Shown here piece by piece: positions 1-12,379 of a stretch of 64,000 nt of DNA (within the stretch, counting starts at the first letter, position 1; each line of letters starts with the position of its first letter). The position numbers were made by a program, and so were the translations under genes. Source of the DNA: Geosiphon pyriformis uo1. Its lineage: Eukaryota; Fungi; Glomeromycota. The notes beneath the pieces were generated by a model. The model had not been told where the DNA came from, searched no databases, and saw nothing but the letters and a program-made list of their open reading frames with translations. Where the stretch lies: NCBI GenBank assembly GCA_016748015.1, contig JAAOMT010000436.1, positions 1,768,032 through 1,832,031 on the forward strand, written 5' to 3'.

Positions 1-3000
1 TAATTTGTTTTTTGGTTTTGTTAAACTCATGTTTGACTTTGGGTATGGTTTCAACTTTATGAAAAAAAGCACAGATTTCAATAATATCAAAGTTTTACAA
101 ATAAAATAGAATTTTAATAAATACTTAGTCTATAGCTTTGATTAAGACAGTTAGAAAAATTTTGTCCAAGATTTTTTTAGATTAGATTTTATATATTTAC
201 AATAAATTTGGTGTTTTTTTACAAAGATAATTTTTTTGTTTTAAAAAATATATCAATACAGTTTCTTATATTTGTTGTTGACTTAGTAATTAAAAATGCT
301 CTGAAAAAAAATCAAGAAATTTGGTTGGTTTTGTAAAACATATAAAAAGCATGATTTTATTGGTTGGTTCTACTTAAAAACTAGTTTATAGTATATTAAG
401 ATATGTAAAAAGTTTATTAATCTCTTTGACAGCATTTATGCAGATAAAATAAATAAGATAATAACATATTTTGGTCTTATAAATAATTATTAAATACATA
501 ATAAATTAGACCAAAGTAATATGGTTTTTTTTTGGAGAATTTTTTATGATTTTTTTTTGTATAAAGTAAAAAAACATAAACATTTGTGTAAATATTAAAT
601 TAATACTAGATTTGTGGTTAAGATAAATAGAATAAAGACTATAAAAAAGAAAATTTTTTTTTGTAATGAATGTTTCTGTTAATAATATTATTTAAATTAA
701 AAATAATTAGATATTTACACAGTATATATTAAATATTGTTAGTAAATTTTTTCTGATTTACAATATATTAATTAACAATAATAAAACAGTAACTATTTTT
801 ATCAATTGTAAAGTCAAAGATACTATTTTAAAAATCAATAATTTGCCAATTTTGATTGCTAAAAGTAATATACTATATAAGTAATTAAATATTTTTTTTG
901 TCAACTAAAAGTTTTTTTAAGTCCAATTTAGCTTAAGCTTATTTTAATCTCTAGTTTTTTGCCAATATAATGCTAAAAAAAATAATTACAAATAAACAAT
1001 TTTTTTATTTGATATTAGCAATTTTGTAGCTTATAATTAGTTATTAATCTCAATTTATTTTTGTTTTATTAAGTATATATTATAAGTAAGATGCCAAAAT
1101 TAGAAAAAATTTTAAGCTTAAAGCCAATCTGCCAAAAAACTTTTCCAATAAAACTTTGTATTATTTTTTTCTATATGGTTTGAAGTTTTTTAAACAGATT
1201 TAAGTTGAAAAAAAGTTAGCATTAATAATTACTTTTTTTAATGTTTTAAGTATTCTAAAACATTTGTTTAAATACAGATTTTTAAATTTGTAAGTCTTAA
1301 AGTAAGCTCTTTTAAACTTTTTGCAGTTCTCTGTCAAGTTGTATATCAATCTAGTAAACAATTTTTTAGCTAAAATAATAAAGATTTTTTTCCATAATAG
1401 ATTGTTTATAACAAACAATTTGTCTAGTGTATTTTGCAGTTCTGAAAAGTTTTTAATATTAAATATCTTAAAAAAATTATTGTACTATAACTTAGTGTGC
1501 TCTCTAGAACAATTTGGTATTATATTTAATAATAAACTATTGGACAAAAAAAATAATATAATAAACTAAAAATATTTTTTTGTTAATTAAAAAAACTGGA
1601 TCTTAAAAATCTTATATCTTATTGGTTTAATTTGGTTTTAGAATTTTTGCAAAAGATTAGTTTTTAGATAGTGAGTTTTGTCAGAGCTAATAAATTATTT
1701 AGCTCAAATATTCTGGAATTTAATAAGTTTTCAGAAGTATGTAAAAATTTACATAAAATTTGGTTAAGTGCTATTGTGATATATATAGATAAATTCTTAA
1801 GAAATATATATTTTATCAAAGTTGCTAATAAGACTACAACATATTTTTCAGTTATAGATATAGATATTAATGTTATAATTTGTGGGTTTTTATCTTTTAT
1901 AATGGTCAAATTACAGACTATTGTTCTGTTTTTAGAATATATTTTATCTTTTTATATAATGATTTTGTATCTAGATAATTAGACTGCTATTAATATTTGT
2001 GTTTTTAAAACTGGGTTTTCTGTATTAAACTTTTATAATTAGTGTTAAATAGAAAAAAAGCATATTGTTAATTTAATAAAAAATAAGAATCTCTTAATTA
2101 AGTAAATAAAAATAAAGAGTTATTTAAATATTTTAAACAATATTAAAGCTGATTTAATAACAAATACAGCTGCTTATTTTTTTTTGCCAATTGAAGTAAA
2201 TAAATATTATATTATAACTAATAGCATGATTATATTTGACAATATTTATTATTTTGTTTATAATATATATAGATTAATTAGTTATACTTATTGGGAAATT
2301 AACTCTAATTATAATATGGTTTTTTGCTACTTAATTAAGAAGATAAATTGGAAGTTTATTGCAAAGATATAACACTTTAATTTACATATACTGTTTGAAT
2401 TTATTAGCAAAAAATTAATTAATCTGTATATTTATTTAATAAAAGCCCTACATAGATAACTGTTTATAACAGTTTAGAAAAAATTATATAACAAATTGTA
2501 TTTAAGTGTGTTGTATTTACTTTGTAGTAAAATAAAATATCAAATCATGTTTTTATATATGTTAAAGATGCTAATATTTGTAATAAAATATTAGTGGAAG
2601 TCTTAAACTTTTAAATTTTATTGATTGGTATCTATATTTTTTTTTTTGCTGTTTTAAAGTTTTTTTTTAAGTGTTTATTAAATATAGACTTGTATATTGT
2701 GATTTACAAAAACTTTGTGTTAAAAGATTAATATACTAAAGTTATTGTAGCTTTTAAAAAAAGAGTGCTTTTAGCTATAATTAAGTTTATTAAATATTTA
2801 GCAGAAAAATATTACTTAAAAGTATAACTTATAAAATTTAAATATAGGATAAATATAAAAAAAACTAGTTTAATAAAAGATAATAATTTGGTTTTTGATT
2901 TGTTTTATAATTTAATAAAAAGTTTATTAGATAAAATAATTTATTTGCTTAATATTATTAAGTTTTTTATTGTTGGTTTTAATAAACATATGTTTTGTTT

Positions 3001-3180
3001 TTTTTCTGGTTTAAATAATAATATTAATATTTATGTAAGTGTATAATGTTGTTTTATTTGGTTTGAGTAGCTAGCTATATATAATAAGTATATAAGTTAT
3101 ATTTAGTTTAAACTATTTAGTCTAATATTATATGTTAAATAGTAATTAAGCTTTATTTATAAAGTGATAATAATAAAAAA
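1..3180 (+). mobile_element. Heavily eroded 3' half of a LINE-type non-LTR retrotransposon (RT, RNase H, C-terminus, 3' tail); runs off the left edge of the window
   Basis: Colinear with ORF2 of the better-preserved copies once C>T/G>A changes are allowed for (e.g. 127-190 corresponds to TRPIALIETARKILSKILSDRI; ~1760-2150 to RNase H). Ends in the family 3' tail at ~3045-3165 plus an A-rich end. Confidence 0.85.
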
Positions 3181-4619
3181 TTATTAATAAAAAATTCTCT
3201 ATTTTTTGTAAATAATAGTTGTTTTAAAATTAAAAAAAAATTGATTTTTTAATTTTTTTTGTTATATAAACAAATATAAAAAAATGTAAAAAAAATAATT
3301 TTTTATTAGTTTATTATTAAAAAAATTTGAATTTTTCATAATATTAATAATTACATTAAACTTAATTTTAATTTATTATTTAAAAGAACCTTAAATAAAA
3401 AAAAACTTTTATTAAAACCAAAAAAATGTTTTTTGGTAATTAAAAACTGTTTTATGTTTTTAATATTTAAAAAAATATTGTTTTATTGTATTTGTTTTTA
3501 AAAAACTTCTTAAAAATTAAAATTATTTAAAACACAAAAAAAATGATTTTTGATTTTTGATTTTTTTTTAATTGTAATTATAAAAATATAAAAAAAATTA
3601 TATAAAATAAACAAAATTTTGTTTTATTTATAAAAACAATTCAATTTTAATTATTATTTAAATATTTAATAAATTTATTTTAGATATATATTTTTATGTT
3701 TATTTGTATATATTAATATTGCAAAAAATAATTTTAATATTTAAAAACTTTTTAAGGTTTTTTTATTGTTTTATAATATATATTTATATTAATTTTTAAC
3801 AAATATATTGATTTAATACATATAAAAAATTTATACAATCTTTTAAAGTTGATTATTATCTTTTATATGTTTTATTATTTTTGTTTTTAAGCTTTTTAAG
3901 AATATTATAAATAATAAAGTGTAATATTTTTGTTTTTTATTGTATTTATTTGCATTTTATATTTTTTTAATTTATAAATATAATACAATTTATTATTATA
4001 TTTTTTGTTTAATAAAGACATTTTGTAAAAGATTTTTAAAACAAAGTAATTAATAAAATATATAAAGTTTTTTATTAATATTTAATTACTTATTTAAATA
4101 TTTAGTTTTTTAAGTATTGTTTTAATTTAACTAAAATTGGTTAAATTAAATTAAAGTTTATAAAAAAAATTTTTTGTTTTTTTGTTTTATATTGTAATTT
4201 AATTTATTATATATTAGCAATTTTTTTAAATATTTTTACATAAACAATTTTATTTATGTTAAAAACATATTTTTGGTTTAAAGTCTTTTTTAATTAAAAT
4301 TTTTGTAAAATAATATACCAAAAATAATTTTAGTATAATTATTACTATTATAAAAATTTTTAAAGTCTTTAATAATAAATTATTAACGAAATTACAATAA
4401 CCTTTACTATTATATCATTCAAATTTTAACTATTAATAAATAAATTAAATGGGCTATAATTAATAAAAAATTAAGAATAATTTTTGGTTCAAATTTCTAC
4501 TAGTAATACTGGTTTATATAATTTATGATAAATAAATAAAGCAAATATAACAATTTCTTATTTTTTATCTCAAATAAAACTTTATTTCACTATTTACAAA
4601 GTGGAATTAATTTGCAGCT

Positions 4620-5190
4620 TTGTACATAATTTACATTAAAAATAAATCTATCAATCAAAAAATATACCAAGCCAAAGAGTAAATGTTTTGTTTCAAAATT
4701 GAAGTTACTTATTTTAACTGTACAATACAATATCAAAAAGGTGGTAATGGTCATTACAAGAAAATTATGAAAGATGTATCAAAAAATAAAGAGTAAACAT
4801 TTCATATTACACAATTGGCAGACATTTAAAATCACATGGATATACCAATTACTATGCCAATGGTGACAAAAGTTCAAAAGCAGAAATAACTGAAAAAAGC
4901 CTTATTTTCTGATGAAACAGTATTTCAACTGTTCCCAATCAGAATTAAACATTGATACAAGAGAAAACAACCAGTTCTTTCAAGATCAAAAGATCGCACA
5001 AAATTATTTGCATGGGGTGGTTTTTGTAAGAAGTTTATTTTATTTTCGGCGTATCATCAATGCTAAGCTTTATATTGAAATTTTGCAATAGCATGTCGAA
5101 GAAATTAAGCAAGAAGTGGCGCTTTCAACAAGTACTTGAAGTTATTGGGCTGTCGCGTTGTCCGGATGTAAATCCTATTGAAAATAATTT
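4620..5190 (+). pseudogene. Tc1/mariner (IS630-like) DDE transposase remnant
   Basis: Readable fragments YTIGRHLKSHGY (~4806), ALFSDETVFQLF (~4899), DRTKLFAWGGFC (~4991), KKWRFQQ (~5111) and CPDVNPIEN (~5159; cf. SPDLNPIE motif). Broken by stops and deletions; no TIRs identified. Confidence 0.75.
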
Positions 5191-5264
5191 CATATTAATA
5201 AAATCTGTTGCTTTTGGCCTTTCTAACAATAAATTAATCACGTGCTAACCCATCAGAGAACTTT

Positions 5265-5412
5265 AATCCCTCGGGGTACTTGAAGCAGATAAAAACAAGC
5301 TCAAGTCAGTTAACCGCGGCCAAAAATTAGAACTTAACTATAGTAATTGGGAATTCCTCCCAAAAAAACCAAGTTGCCTTCCTTTAGGTGCAAACGAAGG
5401 AACCCGGATTTA
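5265..5412 (-). ncRNA. Candidate structured small RNA (three hairpins plus Sm-site-like AAUUUUUGG); not assignable to a known family
   Basis: Minus strand reads CCGGG-UUCCUU-cguuugcaccua-AAGGAA-ggcaa-CUUGG, then UUGGGA-ggaau-UCCCAA, then CUAAUUUUUGG, then an ACUUGAGC...GCUUCAAGU hairpin. No U1, U2, U5, U11 or U12 signature sequence found. Confidence 0.2.
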
Positions 5413-6671
5413 TCTATTAAAGACAAGTTTTTCGATTGTATCATGTGACTTAAAACAACGATAGAAGTCGCGATTGGTTGTATTAATCACCTTTAAGAAA
5501 TTAGGAGGTTAAAAAACCCATAATTCTCTTTTTATATACGTACATACATTGCTACAATTTTCTAGTGATGATTTATTTTAAAAAAATGGTGACATTCAAT
5601 AGACATTATTTAGCTTTCAACATAAGAGATATCAGATAAAAAATGAATTATGATTTTGTTACACTGTATGAAGTACAATATTTGTAAAAATAAAGATGGT
5701 TTGTAATTTTTAATGATGGGGGATCGATTGATCAATGAATGATTGATGTACGGTTAAAGTAATGTATAGTAAAGAGAGTAGGGAGGCCGGTGAAGCAAAG
5801 TAATTCTTTCAAAGAGTGTATAATTGACAAAGACAAAAAACCAACTAACAACGACGACAAATCGTGTTAAGATGCAAATATTTTTGAGAAAGGGCTTCCC
5901 AATCTCTTCTCTCTGTACACGCTAACACATGTTATCCAATCCATAAATATTTTATCTCTACCCTACTTCATACTACCAAATTTTACCGCACGTGCTCTCT
6001 AGAGTAACTTATAAAAACTGTTCAACTGTGTTAATAGTGATTTTGATCAGTTCATTATAGTGAACGCATTAAAAATAAGCAGCTAGAGAAATCGAACAAG
6101 GTTAAAAGGACTGGTTCGAATATAGGAGGGAGGTAACGTATATAAATGGATGGTCTTTTTTGGTGAAAGTTGAAGAACTTGATTGTATGCCAAAAATCAA
6201 AAAAAAAAACCTCAAAATTGTTCGGAAGAAAATCAAATGTCAAAATATATATAAGGTAGAAAGAGAACAAAATTTATATTAACTAAATAATGAAAAGGGT
6301 TTTTTTTTTCCAAAACTGCAACTGTGCGGCCACCACTCTTGACAACGTCCCTGTCAGCCTCGACGGCATGGATTTTCGTATCGCATATAAAATACCGAAA
6401 AATTAAAAGGAATCAATCAACTCTTGAAAGGGAATAGACAACATAAAACGCCAATATATACACAAAGGTATGGCCTTCGTCGTTTTTAGTTATCATTGAA
6501 AGGAGAGAATGTATTGATTATGTATTATATAATGATCAAAACAATAGGGTTCAAGACTGAGAGAATTACACGCCTTTTTTGTTGTAACTGTTTTTCGTCT
6601 ATACAAATGTTGATGAAATGGGTATAACGCTCTTTTTTCTTGGTCCCAAGCGAAATAAATCCACTACTATA

Positions 6672-8739
6672 TTATGAAAGATCCATTTTTTCTTCCTCCT
6701 TTTTCAATGACTTTTTTGCTCGTTTTTTGATGCCTGGTATTCCAGTGGTGCGAGCAGAGTATGGAATGTGATGATGACCTCCATTCATATCCATTCTCAT
6801 GTTCTCAGCTTCCGATTCGTCAGATGAAGAAGAACAATCTTCATTGAGAGTTAAATCTTCCTCATCATGTGAAACAGCAGATGGACGTAAATGTTTACGA
6901 GTTGAAGCAGGACTCATACGAACACCATTGGATAGTCGACGATTACGTGTTGAAGATGAATTGGTGGTGTTGATTGATGGAAAGTATCCGTTACCATTTT
7001 TCCACCCCGCCGGAACTTGAGGAATATTATCAAACTGTAATTCACCAGTTGCCGCTGCTCCACGACTTGTTACCCCCATAGCTTGAAGATAATCTACCCA
7101 AGATTGAGCACGTTCCACAGTTTCACCGAATATAATGGCAACACCTTTAAGCATATCAAGAGATTCATTCGCCAATCTCAACAATCTGCGTGCATAATCA
7201 GTGGTCGTATTGAGTGGATGCTTATTTGCCGGAGCCAATAAAGGTGATGCCATAGGAGATGGAGTTGCCGATGTTTCAGTACGGTTAATTTTATCCCATC
7301 GATTTGGCAAACTCAAAATGAACCTTCTAACATTTTCCCTAGCTTGCTCTGGAAGACATGCACCTGCATATTTACTCACTACTTCAACAACTTTTCGAAG
7401 TGTTTCTACTACTTCACGTTTGATGGATGAAAGTGTCGAACTAGCGGACGTATGTATAAGAGCTACAGATGAGGGATTGGTCAGATTTACGATAAATTCT
7501 CTGAGTACTGACATCTGATGCTCGATATGCTGATTGGCATACTAAATGTCGAAATATGCGGATGAAATTTTTTTGGAACGAAACTTAGTAATCTTCAATT
7601 ATATGAAAGGGATAAAAATTATTATGTGACTTCATGACTTACATTAAGCCATTGTAAACAATATTTCAAACTTTTCATTGATTCCTCCGATACGACGGCT
7701 CCAACTCCTCCCATTACTGTACCTGTTCCAACAACAATTTGTTGCCATCGACTACGTGGAGCAGATGCGGTTGATGAAGTTGATATCGCGGTATTATTTC
7801 CATGGTATGAATATGGAGCAAAGTTTGAAGAACCATTTGATTGTGAAGTACGATGAGGTCGTGAGGCTGGTCGGTAAGAAGGTGAAGAGCTTCGTGATAA
7901 TTCATTTCTTGATTGACGTCTTATCGCTTCATGATCAGTTGGACTATGAGCCTGATTATCTTCGACACCATTGAAACCACCTGTGTGAGTGATTGGTGCT
8001 GCAGCTGGCTGTGTTATTGTAGATATTGAATTTGAATCCATAACACCTGGGAATTTTTGTTCAAGTTTATCCAATCCTCTACATGCATACTCATCTAATT
8101 GTTCAATCTGTGGAATAGTGGCCAAAGGTCTAGATATTGCTTTGATCGATGATTCAATTGTTTCTGCGCTATACTTTAATATCGCGGAATTGGCTTTACC
8201 CTGTTGGTACATATTCATAGCCCTGCTAACAATGGGAATACCGGGTAGACGACCGATAAATCCGTTCGTTGTGGGAGAACTGGGGACAGGATTGATAACA
8301 ACTGATGTTGAAGGTTCCAGAGGTGTTGAATGTGGAGACTGATCTAAAGAAATCATGTTTAAATGAAAAATTGATTAAAAAAAAGAGGTTTTGAAAAAAA
8401 TTATTTGCTATAACGAAATCTGAAATTAATTTGAAGCCTAAAGGATACATGCCTATTGAACCTCGTCTCAAATTTTCCAATACTTCAGCAGCATCTAGTA
8501 TTTCGTCTTCAGCAGCCTCTGGTGTTTTAATACATAAATTGTTTATTGACATTCTAGAGTTATTGGACGAAGTTTGAAGGGGCGGTAAAGAAGGTGGTGA
8601 TAGACTGTTATTATTTGGACGTTGTTCGTCTGACTGTTGAGCATGTGATAGGTTTCCATTTGAAAGAGGAACACTATTGCCGTTAGGGTAAACGGTAACA
8701 GGAGGTGTAGTGTTTGATGTACTTATAAAAGGGTCAATA
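6672..8739 (-). CDS. OPI1: Opi1-family transcriptional repressor (Opi1/CCG-8-like), spliced. Exons 8739(partial)-8453, 8343-7643, 7541-6672; N-terminus lies in or beyond the N gap
   Basis: Spliced product contains Opi1-family blocks MSINNL...DEILDAAEVLENLR, SRWQQIVVG...AVVSEESMKSLKYCLQWLN|YANQHI and KREVVETLRKVVEVVSKYAGACLPEQARENVRRFILSLPNRW...LANESLDMLKGV. Intron 7542-7642 is GTAAGT...TTAG, phase 0. Intron 8344-8452 is phase 1, best fit GCATGT...TTTAG. The frame stays open from 8552 up to the gap. Confidence 0.88.
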
Positions 8740-9294
8740 NNNNNNNNNNNNNNNNNNNNNNNNNNNNNNNNNNNNNNNNNNNNNNNNNNNNNNNNNNNNN
8801 NNNNNNNNNNNNNNNNNNNNNNNNNNNNNNNNNNNNNNNNNNNNNNNNNNNNNNNNNNNNNNNNNNNNNNNNNNNNNNNNNNNNNNNNNNNNNNNNNNNN
8901 NNNNNNNNNNNNNNNNNNNNNNNNNNNNNNNNNNNNNNNNNNNNNNNNNNNNNNNNNNNNNNNNNNNNNNNNNNNNNNNNNNNNNNNNNNNNNNNNNNNN
9001 NNNNNNNNNNNNNNNNNNNNNNNNNNNNNNNNNNNNNNNNNNNNNNNNNNNNNNNNNNNNNNNNNNNNNNNNNNNNNNNNNNNNNNNNNNNNNNNNNNNN
9101 NNNNNNNNNNNNNNNNNNNNNNNNNNNNNNNNNNNNNNNNNNNNNNNNNNNNNNNNNNNNNNNNNNNNNNNNNNNNNNNNNNNNNNNNNNNNNNNNNNNN
9201 NNNNNNNNNNNNNNNNNNNNNNNNNNNNNNNNNNNNNNNNNNNNNNNNNNNNNNNNNNNNNNNNNNNNNNNNNNNNNNNNNNNNNNNNNNNNNN
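8740..9294. other. Assembly gap (555 N) covering the 5' part of the Opi1-like gene
   Basis: Run of n characters. Confidence 1.
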
Positions 9295-9440
9295 GGTTTG
9301 TTTTGGCTGCAACTTCAAAGTGCATATGTACCGCAATATTCATCATCATTCATCCACCACATCATAATCAACATCAAAAGACGAATTTGAACATAGTCAG
9401 CCCACCCATATGAAATTACCACCTATTAACAGTTGACATT

Positions 9441-9450
9441 CATGTGAAAA
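9441..9450. promoter_or_regulatory. ICRE/UAS-INO-like E-box CATGTGAAAA upstream of the Opi1-like gene
   Basis: 9/10 match to yeast UAS-INO CATGTGAAAT, located 5' of the minus-strand gene. Confidence 0.3.
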
Positions 9451-10924
9451 CGATGTAACACTAAGCAAAACACTGGAAAGTTTAAAAGGAAGCCCGTTGC
9501 ACTTGTTCTTGTTATTGTTTTCAGATCATGAATCATTCAGCGTGTCAGTAACACTTTGTACTATCAACAACTGACAACAACTATCAAGTCTCATGGAGAG
9601 TTTCCTATCAGCTGCATGCTTCTCATGATAATTTTTGAATATTTTGGTTATTCAGACTTTTTTTATTTTTTATTTTTATTTTTTAAATTTATTTCATCTA
9701 ACAAAAAGGCCTTTGACCTAGGAAAAAAAAGAAAGAAAATGTAACTCAGTAAAATAGCCAGCCAATCAACCAAAATTGAGAAAAAAGGCGGCGCCACAAA
9801 ATTAGTAAAAAATTTCTCGTAACCCATATACTTTATCTGCATGGTCTATCCTCACTTTCACGTTCCCCTTCCCAAATGACCTGTGTAAATCATTAAAAAA
9901 AAGTGAAAAAAAAAAAAAAAAACTTTTGTTTTTAATTCCCATTTTAAGCGATTCATTTTATAATTTTTCCCCTGTGATTCCTCGCGCGAGATTACTCGGA
10001 AAAGGTTGGTTGGCTTTTATGATCTTCTTTATCCACAGGCCTGTCGGAAACAGATAACCTTATATTACCTTGTGTCCTTGCGTTTTTCTACTTCGTGGCT
10101 CGCTGATCATATGTTTGATAAACAAATAAGCATCTTTCATGATATCTTTTTATTATGTTATCAAAATTTTCATATGTTAATTCCCTTGATGTTACATCAA
10201 CTTCACGTTCTCGTTCTTTTTTTCTTAATTACTTTGTTTATTATAACCTATTTTATATTGTCGAATAATAATAGAAATGAATGGACAACGAACAAAAAAC
10301 TTTAATGGGATTTTAATGGTATTGGATTTTCGGGGGGTTAAAAGTTGTGTGTGCCATTTAAATTTTTAGGGTATAGTCATTAATGAACCTCATTATAGAG
10401 ATGTTGAAATCAAAATTTAAATTTTTAACAATTGATTTATTAATGGGAAATTTTCAAACATTACTTATTAATGAAAATTTTTTGAATTATTAAATGTTAT
10501 GTTTGATTCAATTTTTATTCAAAATATTACATATTAAAATTTTAAAATTTATTATTTTACCAAAAAAAATCTCAAAAATATATATTATAATATAATAATA
10601 TATTATGTTAAATAACTTTTTATTTTATTTTAATACACTGTTAAAATTAATTATTAAAAATTTTTATTTATATTATTATATATTTTTTATTTATATAATA
10701 ATATACAAAAAAAATTACATACTTAATTACAAAATTAATTTTTTTAACAATAATTTCTTTTTTTATTTTTTTAATTAAAATTTATTTTTTAAAAAATATA
10801 TTTAAATAAATAATTATTAAAAAATACAATTAATATTTGTTATTAAATTTTAAAAATATTAATTAAAACATAAAAGTTATATTAATTATATTATTTTTAT
10901 TAATAATATAAATTTATTTGTTTT

Positions 10925-11370
10925 TAAATATGCTAAAATTACTGGTAAAATAATCATTGAATTGGTAAAAGACTTAAAGATGGCTTATTGAGCAGAAGTA
11001 TAGATGATAAAAGCCAAATTTAGAATGATTATAGATAAGAAAAATTTAATTGTAAATAATAATTCAATGTTTTTAAAAATCTGTAAGTTTTTATTGTTAT
11101 TTTTTAATAGTATTATTAAATTACTTGGTATTGTAAAAATACATAGTATTAGTTTTGGTTTTTACAAACCTTGTAGTTTTTTTGCTAGTATTAATAATAC
11201 AGTATTTGTTAAGATAAATTTATAGTGTTGTTCTAATTGGTTTCAGTAACTGGTCATGTATAGAAAGTACATGATTTACATTTAGTTTAAATCATTTAGT
11301 TTAATATATTATGTTAGGTGACATTTAGATTTCACTTGTAAAATGTTAATAAAAATAAAAATAACTATTA
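10925..11370 (+). mobile_element. Severely 5'-truncated LINE copy (ORF2 C-terminus plus 3' tail)
   Basis: ORF 11004-11225 (...IIKLLGIVKIHSISFGFYKPCSFFASINNTVFVKINL*) matches the ORF2 C-terminus and is followed by the family tail TAGTGTTG...CATGTATAGAAAGTACATG...CACTTG and an A-rich end. Confidence 0.85.
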
Positions 11371-12379
11371 AAAATAATAAAAATTTAATATAAAAACACT
11401 TAAAAAGAAAACAAATTAACAATAATAAATAAAATAATTAAAAAAAAAACAATTTTTATTAATATATATTATTATTACTTAATAATTATGTTTAAATAAC
11501 TTAAAATAAATATTTAACAAAATAATATATTTTTTTTTATTGTATTTAACAAATAAAACTCAAACATATTTTAATATAAATAATATTATATTAAGTAAAA
11601 TAATATATTAAAAAAAAACAATTTAATAACATATTTTAAAATTATTTATTATTTATATATAATTTTTAAAAAATATAATAAAAAATTATTATATTAATAA
11701 TAGAAATATTAATAATTAATAATAAAATAACAAATAAATTTTTAATTTTATTATATTAAATTAATAATTTTAATTATAATTATTAATAAAATACTATTTT
11801 TTTATATTTTTATATTATTTATTTATTTTACATTATTTTATTTAATTATTATTTGTTTTATTATTGAATTAATTAATTAAAAAAATAAGTATTAAGATTA
11901 TAATATTAAAAATTATCTAATAAAAAATGCAAAATAAAAACATAAAATTATTTATAAAAAGTTAAATACTTATTAAAAGAATAATCACTAAATAAATTGG
12001 TTATTATATTAAAAAATAAAACACTAAATATTATTAATTATTTAATTATTAAATCTTTGTTTTTTATATAAAAAACTTAAAAATCAAAATTTTTAAACAA
12101 TTTTAAAAAATTATAACATTAAATTACATAATATTATATAATATTTATAACAATATATAATAACAAATTATAATTAATAATAATAGAATAATATAAAAAA
12201 TAACAAATTTTTAAAAATTACTTTATAAAATCGAAAATATATATAAGTAAAAATATATTTAACTTAAAAAAACAGATTATTTAAAAATAAAAAAACAGAT
12301 TAAAATTTAATTAAAGTAAATAAAATTTGTTTTTATTTTTTATTTTAAATAAAATATTTTTATTATTATATATAAAATA

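Noticed and set aside
1200-2372. Short K/I/N/F/L-rich ORFs here and in other AT tracts (14057, 17689, 21526, 24855, 44096, 55753, 59549, 63227 etc.)
   Set aside because: Chance frames in eroded TE sequence; not independent genes.
3180-4500. Very AT-rich tract (also 10500-10920, 11370-12380, 33500-34430) as organellar insertion or centromeric DNA
   Set aside because: No organellar genes or satellite periodicity. Most likely terminally eroded TE sequence, but I could not assign a family.
6799-8342. Plus-strand ORFs overlapping the Opi1-like gene
   Set aside because: Antisense shadows of the real coding exons; no recognisable motifs.
8710-9390. Long ORFs 8710-9390(+), 8723-9349(-) and 8734-9336(-)
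   Set aside because: Artefacts of translating through the N gap. The true start of the Opi1-like gene cannot be fixed.
9718-9890. Possible 5' UTR intron of the Opi1-like gene (strong polypyrimidine tract plus TAG on the minus strand at ~9718-9745)
   Set aside because: No convincing donor site and the TSS is unknown; needs transcript data.
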